Positions 18,802-26,403 of a stretch of 37,158 bases of DNA are shown here, piece after piece. A model generated the notes under the pieces. That model saw nothing but the letters and a program-made list of their open reading frames with translations. It was not told the origin of the DNA and ran no database searches. The stretch is from Bacteriovoracaceae bacterium (GTDB taxonomy: Bacteria > Bdellovibrionota > Bacteriovoracia > Bacteriovoracales > Bacteriovoracaceae): positions 1 through 37,158 of the forward strand of contig JABIHA010000040.1 of NCBI GenBank assembly GCA_018649885.1, read 5' to 3'. Position 1 is the stretch's first letter. Every line of letters starts with the position of its first letter. The position numbers and the translations under genes are program-made.

Positions 18802-19275
18802 ATGGGAGAATTTACCCATGTTGATGAAAACGGCACTCCCAAAATGGTGGATGTTTCACTAAAGCTGCCTACAAAAAGAGTGGCCCATGCACGTGCCACC
18901 ATTGAGCTTACTGAAGAGATCTGTTCTCACTTTAAGGGAGAAGAACTTTACACAAAAAAAGGCCCAGTCTTTCAAACCGCCATTATAGCGGGAACTATGG
19001 CCTTGAAAAAAACCAGTGAGCTGATTCCTTTTTGCCATCCCATTGCTATTGAAGGGGCCAAATTGCAAGCTAACCTAGTAGGCACAAGCGTGGTGATTGA
19101 CTGTGTTGTGAATACAAGTGGAAAGACAGGTGTTGAAATGGAGGCCTTAATGGGGGCACAAATGGCGGCCTTAACGATCTATGATATGTGCAAATCCTTT
19201 GGACACCATATGGAAATTAAAAGTATTCACTTAGTAGAAAAAAAAGGGGGGAAGAGTGACTTCAAAAGGGTTTAA
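18802..19275 (+). CDS. moaC: Cyclic pyranopterin monophosphate synthase
   Basis: FTHVD...MVDVS, LIPFCHP, TGVEMEAL, IYDMCK, KGGKS. Confidence 0.96.
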   Translation: MGEFTHVDENGTPKMVDVSLKLPTKRVAHARATIELTEEICSHFKGEELYTKKGPVFQTAIIAGTMALKKTSELIPFCHPIAIEGAKLQANLVGTSVVIDCVVNTSGKTGVEMEALMGAQMAALTIYDMCKSFGHHMEIKSIHLVEKKGGKSDFKRV

Positions 19276-20392
19276 CTTTATCCACCCACTAGAGATTGCT
19301 TTTTGTGGTTACTCGAACTCGGGAAAAACCACTGTGATCTCTAAATTAATTGAAAGATTTAGTAGTGACTTTCACGTAGGCTACTTTAAGCACGACGCTC
19401 ATCGTTTTGAGATGGATCATCCCGGAAAAGATACCTTTAAGGCCACTGCTGCCGGAGCGAAAACTGTGGTTATTAATTCTCAAACTAAGAGTTGTCTTAG
19501 TTTTGAGAAGTCGATTCCGTCTCGGCTTTTGGCCTCACAGTTTATCGATTGTGATTTTGTGCTATTAGAAGGGCAGAAAAAATCAAAAGTTCCAAAAATT
19601 GTTGTTTTATCTCACGAGTCGCATAAACGTGATGAGATGATTCAAATGTCTGATGCAGGAGAGTTAGGAGAGGTCTTGGCCTTCATCGGAACCGACGATA
19701 AACTTTCTTTATCTGCACCATATTTCCACCGCGATGATGTTGGTAATCTGGCCCAATTTGTTCTGGACCATTTTCAGGCGCAAGTGTTGGCAAGACCCAC
19801 TAAGGCCTTGATACTTGCCGGTGGTAGAAGTAAAAGAATGAACTCCGATAAAGGGGCCTTGTCATATCACGGGAAATCTCAAGTATCTCATCTCTATGAT
19901 CTGATCAAAGAGTTTTGCAGTGAAGTCTTTGTCTCTTGCCGAGATGATCAGGCACAGGCCTCGCATATGGACGGAATTCCTAAAATCTTTGATCTCATTA
20001 AAGACAAAGGTCCCATGGGAGGAATTATCTCGGCCATGGAATATGATCGACAGGCAAATTGGCTAGTTGTTGCATGTGATCTTCCCTTTCTAAACCAGGG
20101 AACTCTTCAGAAATTATTTAATGATCACAACCCCTATAAAGTGGCCACGTGCTTTATCAACCCTGAGAAAGGATGGCCTGAGCCTCTATGTACAATTTAT
20201 TCCCCAAAGGCCCGCGCCAAACTCTATCAATATATGGGTATGGATATGAATTGCCCTCGCAAGGTTTTATTTAATAGTGAGATATGCGCGCTTGAGTTAG
20301 ACGACCAGTTAGCGTTAGAAAATGCCAATACGCCACAGGCCTTTGAGCAAGCTATGAAAAAAATTGAGCACCACAGTGGAGAGTTAATATGA
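19256..20392 (+). CDS. mobA: MobB-MobA fusion (molybdopterin-guanine dinucleotide biosynthesis)
   Basis: N-terminal GYSNSGKTT, KHDAH, D.PGKDT (MobB); C-terminal LAGGRSKRM, GPMGG, ACDLP, EPL (MobA). Confidence 0.9.
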   Translation: MTSKGFNFIHPLEIAFCGYSNSGKTTVISKLIERFSSDFHVGYFKHDAHRFEMDHPGKDTFKATAAGAKTVVINSQTKSCLSFEKSIPSRLLASQFIDCDFVLLEGQKKSKVPKIVVLSHESHKRDEMIQMSDAGELGEVLAFIGTDDKLSLSAPYFHRDDVGNLAQFVLDHFQAQVLARPTKALILAGGRSKRMNSDKGALSYHGKSQVSHLYDLIKEFCSEVFVSCRDDQAQASHMDGIPKIFDLIKDKGPMGGIISAMEYDRQANWLVVACDLPFLNQGTLQKLFNDHNPYKVATCFINPEKGWPEPLCTIYSPKARAKLYQYMGMDMNCPRKVLFNSEICALELDDQLALENANTPQAFEQAMKKIEHHSGELI

Positions 20393-20628
20393 AAATTAAA
20401 GTGAAATACTTTGCCATGCTTAGAGCAAGTGCTGGAAAAAGTGAAGAAGAGCTCGAAACGACTGCTTCAACTCCCAGTGAACTATTTGGTGAACTTAAAG
20501 AAAGGTACAATTTTAAAATTGATCACCATCACTTAAAAGTTGCTATCAATGAGTCCTATGCTCCCTTTGATCAAAGTCTTTGTGAAAGTGATACCGTTGT
20601 CTTTATTCCACCAGTGGCCGGAGGTTAG
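20389..20628 (+). CDS. moaD: Molybdopterin synthase sulfur carrier
   Basis: YFAMLR...AINESY...FIPPVAGG. Confidence 0.96.
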   Translation: MKIKVKYFAMLRASAGKSEEELETTASTPSELFGELKERYNFKIDHHHLKVAINESYAPFDQSLCESDTVVFIPPVAGG

Positions 20629-20630
20629 TC

Positions 20631-21065
20631 TTGTTTGCAATTGAAAATACACCTATTGAAAAATTGAGATCTCTTTCCACCGATGTTAAGTCTCATACGG
20701 GCGGAGTGGTTATTTTTGAAGGCCTTGTTAGAGATATTAATGATGGAAAGAAAGTAAAATCCCTTGAATATCAGGCCTACAATGAGATGGCCTTGAAAGT
20801 AGGGGCCCAAATTATGAAAGAGGCCATGGGGAAATTTGATATCATAGATGCCAAATGTATCCACAGAACCGGTCACCTTCAAATTGGAGAAATGGCCGTT
20901 TACGTCTATTCTTGTTCAGTTCACAGAGAGCAATCTTTTCTCGCCACTCAATATATTATTGATGAAGTTAAAACTAGAGTTCCTATTTGGAAGTGTGAGC
21001 ACTATGTGGATGGGGAGCCAGAGTGGGTGGCCTGTCATAAGTGTGGAGAGCACACTCACAATTAA
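20631..21065 (+). CDS. moaE: Molybdopterin synthase catalytic subunit
   Basis: GGVVIFEGLVRD, LEYQAY, HRTG, HR, KTRVPIWKCE; TTG start. Confidence 0.95.
   Translation: MFAIENTPIEKLRSLSTDVKSHTGGVVIFEGLVRDINDGKKVKSLEYQAYNEMALKVGAQIMKEAMGKFDIIDAKCIHRTGHLQIGEMAVYVYSCSVHREQSFLATQYIIDEVKTRVPIWKCEHYVDGEPEWVACHKCGEHTHN
21002..21063 (+). repeat. Left direct repeat (moaE 3' end), 60/62 identical to 35511-35572
   Basis: ctatgtggatggggagccagagtgggtggcctgtcataagtgtggagagcacactcacaatt. Confidence 0.95.
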
Positions 21066-21411
21066 TTATTTCTTTAATTGATGCGAAATACTTGATAATA
21101 AAAAATCATAGGACGATCACCATAGCGCCACATAAAAGTTAGTAATTCCCTGCCATGAGCTCGGTGAAAAGTAGTGTGGTTTTCAGACACATTCTAAATG
21201 AATTATATTTACTCATAATTTATTTGATACTCATTAAACTTGTGAGGCATATTGTTGGTAAAAAAAGAAATATTGCCTACTTGGAAGGCCCTTAAGTTGT
21301 TGAAGTCGCATAGAATCTAAGGACTCCCTTATAATAGTTCAAACTCGGTTTTTGGACTCTTCACAATTTATTTATAAAGTGTGGCTCCAAGGTGCGCAAG
21401 GAACTTTACTA

Positions 21412-23490
21412 ATGTATGTAGTCTTTCTAAGATATAAATTCACTTTTCTAGTGATTCACGCTGCACTCATTGCGCTAATGAGTTCTTGTGATTTTCAATT
21501 TCTGCCTGGTATGAGTGATGATGATGGAAACTTCTGTGACCTCTTTCCTGGCTCAGATACATGCAGTAAAGAAGCTCGCTCTGTCTCTATCTCAATTAGT
21601 GTGCCAACAGGATATTCTCCAGCCGCCTCATTGCCATCAGGACTATCCTTTGTTTCAAACACTGTTGGTGGTTCGGTAAATTATGGAACAGCTGTTGATA
21701 TAACTTTCAAAAAGGACTGCAAATTAGACATAAGCTCTATAAACGGAAGTGTTGCGGCCAACCTTACGGATACATTAACAACAGGAGCTGACAAAAACGA
21801 AACCGTGACTTTTACTTCAAGTGAGGGAGGAGTAGACCTTACAGCAGGCACAAGCTTTAACGGTATTGCAAGTAATCCCATTAGCGTTTCTTGCGGAACA
21901 GTTCTTAATATAACGGCTTCTCATGCAAAATACCCCGATATTACGCACTCTCATACAGTGACCAAGACTGAAGCTATTGATCTAAATGGATGGATTAAAT
22001 TCAACCCAGATTATCCAATCAAAAATCGAGATGTTTATATCTACGATGAACTCTCTGTAGCTGACAAAACGATCACTTTCTCTCATAATGGAGATAGCGT
22101 TACATGTTCGACAGATGGTGCAATCTATTTGGCCTGCACAACTGGTACGACCCATGAGTGGAGTAGCGCAACCAAAACTAATTATATAAAAATTACCAAG
22201 ACAAATTCCTCCGATCTCATCTATACCTTTCATCCCAAAGACGATGCCGCAAAATCTGGTTGGATCACACTCACATGTGATGTTTCAGTATCAGATGGTG
22301 ATAACCTTATGACGGTAAAGGAGATCAAGGAATATTTAGGCGGTGCCGGAACCAATATGTTTGATCACAGTCTCGGAATAAATGATCGAGTTATTTGTAT
22401 TGATAATGGAATCGTAATTAACTCAACTCAGGTAGCCGACGGAGATCTTATAAGGGCCTATGGGAATGCTACTGGAAGACTTTACGTAGTAGCAAGGGAA
22501 GGCGCTACAGTAGAATTTAAAAATAGTGTTGCAGATGCTGGCTCTAATGCTAATCTCTATACATTTAGAATTTTCACTCAAAATGTCTCTTTAGTAGGGT
22601 TAAAAATAACTTGTACTCAAAATGCTATTGCACCAGGAGCCCACTGCCTCAATAGTAATGCCGATGGATTTCATTTAAAATATAGTGATATTACCACCTC
22701 GGGAGACACGACGAATATTATCTCTTATTGGAACCAGGGTAATAATGGAATTGTAATAAAAGATGTTACAATGACTAATAATGGACCGACACTTTCACAT
22801 GGTTTTATAGGGGGAGGAAAGGTCATGGACATTGACAACTTAACAATTACCATCAACGGCGCCGGAAGGGCCCTTACCATACAAAGCCAGGGAAACAATG
22901 GAACGATCAAAAACTCTTCATTTAACTCTTCCACACTTCAGGCTTTTTTTTCCTACGGTCCGGGAAACCTAAATTTTTTAAATACTAGTTTTTACTCGTC
23001 TTCGGGACAATCATTCTATGTTCAAAATAAGGCCGCTACCGACGTAGATGGACTTGTAACATGTGATCAATGTACATTTCAGTCAGATGGTTCGAATTCC
23101 GTTGTAGTTCGAACAGATGATGTCGTGGGAACACCAACGATGAGGGCCTCAATAACCAATTCAGTATTTAAAGTTATTAATGCAGCTTTTAGCGCTGTTT
23201 TTGTTCAAGACGGCATTTTAAATTTAGATGGAAATAAATTCATTAACTATATAGGCTCTGTAAATGCTATCAATTTAGGATGTATCGCTGCCGACTGTGT
23301 CGCCGCCACTCAGGAGATAAATTCAACCTTACAAAATAATACTGCTTGTGGAAATATCCTTGCCAATAAATGGACGAGAATCCTAAAAGAGTATACTCCA
23401 AATGAAGGAAACTTTGATCCTAATGGACAAATAAATCACTCATCAAACACAGACATCCTTGACTGTGCCAGCTATGGTATTACACCTTAA
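21412..23490 (+). CDS. Surface lipoprotein with probable right-handed beta-helix (pectin-lyase-like) C-terminal region
   Basis: Lipobox-like LIALMSSC; Ser/Thr/Asn-rich; repeated I.N..F / D.L.I patterns. Start uncertain (21352 TTG or 21412 ATG). Confidence 0.7.
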   Translation: MYVVFLRYKFTFLVIHAALIALMSSCDFQFLPGMSDDDGNFCDLFPGSDTCSKEARSVSISISVPTGYSPAASLPSGLSFVSNTVGGSVNYGTAVDITFKKDCKLDISSINGSVAANLTDTLTTGADKNETVTFTSSEGGVDLTAGTSFNGIASNPISVSCGTVLNITASHAKYPDITHSHTVTKTEAIDLNGWIKFNPDYPIKNRDVYIYDELSVADKTITFSHNGDSVTCSTDGAIYLACTTGTTHEWSSATKTNYIKITKTNSSDLIYTFHPKDDAAKSGWITLTCDVSVSDGDNLMTVKEIKEYLGGAGTNMFDHSLGINDRVICIDNGIVINSTQVADGDLIRAYGNATGRLYVVAREGATVEFKNSVADAGSNANLYTFRIFTQNVSLVGLKITCTQNAIAPGAHCLNSNADGFHLKYSDITTSGDTTNIISYWNQGNNGIVIKDVTMTNNGPTLSHGFIGGGKVMDIDNLTITINGAGRALTIQSQGNNGTIKNSSFNSSTLQAFFSYGPGNLNFLNTSFYSSSGQSFYVQNKAATDVDGLVTCDQCTFQSDGSNSVVVRTDDVVGTPTMRASITNSVFKVINAAFSAVFVQDGILNLDGNKFINYIGSVNAINLGCIAADCVAATQEINSTLQNNTACGNILANKWTRILKEYTPNEGNFDPNGQINHSSNTDILDCASYGITP

Positions 23491-23541
23491 CTTTAACTTT
23501 AACTTTAACTTTAACTTTAACTTTAACTTTAACTTTAACTT
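23488..23541. repeat. (TAACTT)9 microsatellite
   Basis: Nine perfect hexamers starting at the stop codon of the lipoprotein gene, with a degenerate tail to ~23555. Confidence 0.95.
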
Positions 23542-23571
23542 TATAACTTAACTATTTAAGCTTCAACGTTT

Positions 23572-23760
23572 TTAAAAACGGCATTCACGACCTGAGAACT
23601 CTAGGATCCGTTACATATTCGCTGCCGCAATAAGATTGATATGTTGATTCCATTCTGACTTTGGCCCCAGTCCGCCCCGGATTCTAAGGACTTTCTCTAT
23701 CTGTAGCTAAACCAATTCTAAATGCCTAAAACATGGCCACAGAAACTGCCCAATTTCTAG
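23572..23760 (-). pseudogene. Degenerate fragment resembling a class I SAM methyltransferase C-terminus
   Basis: Manual translation: ...CFRHLELV*LQIEKVLRIRGGL...WNQHINLIAAANM*RILEFSGRE (two in-frame stops); resemblance judged by eye only. Confidence 0.3.
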
Positions 23761-23891
23761 CTTGGAGTAAATCTATTGTTTTTAAAGGGCCGTAAGGCCC
23801 ATAAATGGAGAACCGTTAAGGTTGTCGATAGTTTAAGGGGGCATTTGAGCAAAGATAGTGGGGGAGTTGTAGTGCTAGTTTTACTTTCTCC
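23758..23891 (+). repeat. Structured ~135-nt dispersed element, copy A
   Basis: Shares blocks TAGCTTGGAGTA, TTTTTAAAGGGCC, CGATA, TTTAAGGGGGCATTTGAGC, GGGGAGTTGT.GTGCTAGTT with 25603-25736. Confidence 0.85.
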
Positions 23892-23898
23892 CTTAATG

Positions 23899-24804
23899 CT
23901 AATCAATAACAGCGTTCTCTACGTCCTCAAGGGAGCCTTCCTCGTTTTTTCCACTGTTAAGATAGTGAAGTCCATTAATGGGATCAGCGCTAGGATCTAT
24001 GGCCCCATCATGATTGAGACATTGAACTGACCCCACAAGGCCTAGGTGTCGTTTGCCACTTTGGTAATCTATTTCAGTATGGACTGACTCAATGGGGGCC
24101 CGATTGAGTGTCTCTAATACTTCTATTTTCATGGCCTCTTTTAAATCATATGTTTTGACTCCCAGTAGGAAGAGGCCTTCAGTACAATTAATAACATCTC
24201 CGTCTGCCTCAGAGCTTGATACTTTCTGCCCTGTGTAGTGAGGATTGCTGCCATTGACTGGCTCATCACATTTTATAATTGTGTATTTGCAGTGATTAAA
24301 ATGTCTAGGATCTCCAAAACTATCACTTGGATTGGAAGAAATTCTGACAAAGCAGTTCTCACTTGATTCATCATATATAAAAAAATCCCAATCAAGTTGG
24401 TGAATACTTACTTCACATAAATTTATAGCAACTGAGTCATCGCCACTTGTTTTAATATAATCTTTACTGATGGCAGTTTGTGGAGATCGAAAGCGGACTC
24501 CCTGATAATCCTCCGGAGTGTCATAGCTTGTACTTGCAAGTACAAGTCCAATTGTTGTCGAAAGGCAGTCTCCTCCAGCAAGATTTGAAAATACATCTTC
24601 AAGCATCGCCCCCCCTCCTGCAGCCGTTCGACCTGAAGTTTCAAATAGAGAAAGTCCAGGAGCTGCAATGGTTTTGCCCAAGCAACCGAGCTGACCCACA
24701 CCAAGTTCAATTCCATCAACAGAATTCCAAACATCTGCCATGGGATCAGACCATGAAGGGTAGCTGTGGAAAATAAATAAAAATGTGAAAACCGAAGCAA
24801 GCAT
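23899..24804 (-). CDS. Hypothetical secreted Cys-containing protein
   Basis: 301-aa ORF with N-terminal signal peptide and 8 Cys; no recognised family. Confidence 0.75.
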   Translation of the reverse strand: MLASVFTFLFIFHSYPSWSDPMADVWNSVDGIELGVGQLGCLGKTIAAPGLSLFETSGRTAAGGGAMLEDVFSNLAGGDCLSTTIGLVLASTSYDTPEDYQGVRFRSPQTAISKDYIKTSGDDSVAINLCEVSIHQLDWDFFIYDESSENCFVRISSNPSDSFGDPRHFNHCKYTIIKCDEPVNGSNPHYTGQKVSSSEADGDVINCTEGLFLLGVKTYDLKEAMKIEVLETLNRAPIESVHTEIDYQSGKRHLGLVGSVQCLNHDGAIDPSADPINGLHYLNSGKNEEGSLEDVENAVID

Positions 24805-24810
24805 TACTTC

Positions 24811-24836
24811 CTATCGGATTCCTAACGGAATATTGA
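24811..24836 (-). promoter_or_regulatory. Putative sigma28/FliA promoter
   Basis: TCAAT-N13-TCCGATAG ending 6 nt before the ATG at 24804. Confidence 0.45.
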
Positions 24837-24964
24837 ATGCATTTGTAATTAGTAGAAGGTTTTGCTCGAGTTTCAGTATGACTTGGTTTTCAACTAAGGT
24901 AAGTGATTGTTAATTTAGCATTTGAATGAGGTATTCTTTTCAATAAATTACCTTTAGGTAACTG

Positions 24965-25370
24965 CTAATATCGATCTAGGACGGTAACATTTTTTATACG
25001 TTGTTTAATGATGCATTTTCGTCCAATTTTCTTTCTTGGTTCTTTATGCAGGCGGTAACCGCAGAAATAACGATACCCTGAGTAGGGGGAGCGACAATAG
25101 CGAGGGGTCCTCCTGCTCTGTTGGCCCTTGTAGTAGGTTTCCACTTTAAAAATGACTCTATTGCTGATAATCTTTATTTTTTTACCTGGCATTTTTTGGA
25201 TATAGGCCTCACCATTTTCTAGGAAACAATCGTAGTGATCATCAAATGGTTGAAGTTTGCCTCTAATAAGATTTTTTGAAATGACTTCCTTGAAAGAAAA
25301 AAAGTATTCAATTTTCTTGCCTGTGGGAACACCTTTGGAATCGACGTAATCTATGGATGTACTTCCAACG
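24965..25370 (-). pseudogene. 3' fragment of a hypothetical basic protein
   Basis: Frame is open from ~25398 to the stop at 24965 (VGSTSIDYVDSKGVPTGKKIEY...VLDRY*) with no credible start; abuts the kinase fragment. Confidence 0.45.
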
Positions 25371-25605
25371 TAGAAAAAAATGGTTGAAATAGCTTCTCTT
25401 TAATATGTGAATTAATGGCCCTTCCACTATCATCTATGTAGATAGAAATTATCCCATCACTATGTTCGACTGAGATTTTTACCCATGGGCCCTCAGTGTT
25501 TTGAACTGCTGCAAGCGCATTATTTAAAAGATTTATTAGAACTTGGGATATCTGAACTATTCTGCCTGAAAAGCATAACTGCTCTTCACTGATCAAAATC
25601 TTTAG
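25351..25605 (-). pseudogene. Histidine kinase HATPase_c fragment, truncated at both ends
   Basis: QISQVLINLLNNALAAV...DDSG...KLFQPFFST then breaks before the G2 box; no H-box. Confidence 0.8.
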
Positions 25606-25736
25606 CTTGGAGTAGTCCCATACTTTTTAAAGGGCCTTTGGGCCATAAGAGAGGACCTTTTAAGGTCCAACGATAATTTAAGGGGGCATTTGAGCTTAGG
25701 GAGTAGGGGAGTTGTGGTGCTAGTTCTACCTACTCC
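25603..25736 (+). repeat. Structured ~135-nt dispersed element, copy B
   Basis: Homologous to 23758-23891 with compensatory stem changes. Confidence 0.85.
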
Positions 25737-25737
25737 T

Positions 25738-25959
25738 ATACCAAATTCCTGTTACTTTCACATATGTCTCATCAATTCTCCAAGAAGTGCCAATTTTCTT
25801 TTTGGTCCTTTGAAATCTTTTTAAAAATTTTGGAGTATGTTTAATGACCCATAAATCAATGGTGGAATGATCGACCTTGATACCTTCACCGAGCATAATT
25901 TCTTCAACTTCACGATAAGACAGGGGATAAGATAAGTATAAACGAATACATTTTAAAAT
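25738..25959 (-). pseudogene. IS6-family transposase N-terminal fragment
   Basis: Manual translation: ILKCIRLYLSYPLSYREVEEIMLGEGIKVDHSTIDLWV...SWRIDETYVKVTGIWY, matching the IS26/IS240 motifs SYR, VDHSTI.RWV and W..DETYVKV. Confidence 0.88.
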
Positions 25960-26403
25960 TCAGCTCTATTGTGGGTCGAAGCTTTGTGACGTATCTTGCC
26001 AAACTTGATCAAAACGTTCCATCCTAGAATCGTAATTAATACAGGGAGCTGATTTTACACTACTTTTTCAAATGACCAAAGCTGAATAATTGGATTCGAC
26101 AGGACCCGGAGGCGAGCGCGCTAGACGGTACTGGTCAGCAAAAAGAATACTGTACTCCTACTAAATGAATATTATCCAGAATAAAAATTGAGAAAGATCA
26201 TTTCAAATTACCTCCAAAACTTATAATTTCCATCATTATGAAAGTTAAAAACTATTTACGACAGAAAAATAGATACAATGACAAATCTTACAAGAAAAAT
26301 TGTAACCTTTGTAACAAAGGAATCTCGCCGCTAAATATATTCGAAAGATTTCGCAAGGAGTGTAAAGAAGAGAATAAATTTAACCTTGTGTCAAAGGCCA
26401 CTG

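Noticed and set aside
23776..24800. ORFs 23776-24030 (+), 24423-24800 (-) and 24480-24776 (+)
   Set aside because: They overlap the 301-aa gene or the structured element and show no protein-like features.
23758..25736. 135-nt repeats as CRISPR repeats or classical integron attC sites
   Set aside because: Only two long copies 1.8 kb apart; no cas or intI gene; no clear RYYYAAC/GTTRRRY ends or single long hairpin.
26081..26105. GCTGAATAATTGGATTCGACAGG resembling a tmRNA 5' end
   Set aside because: Lacks the 5' GGGG, a tag reading frame and a 3' T-arm/CCA; probably chance.
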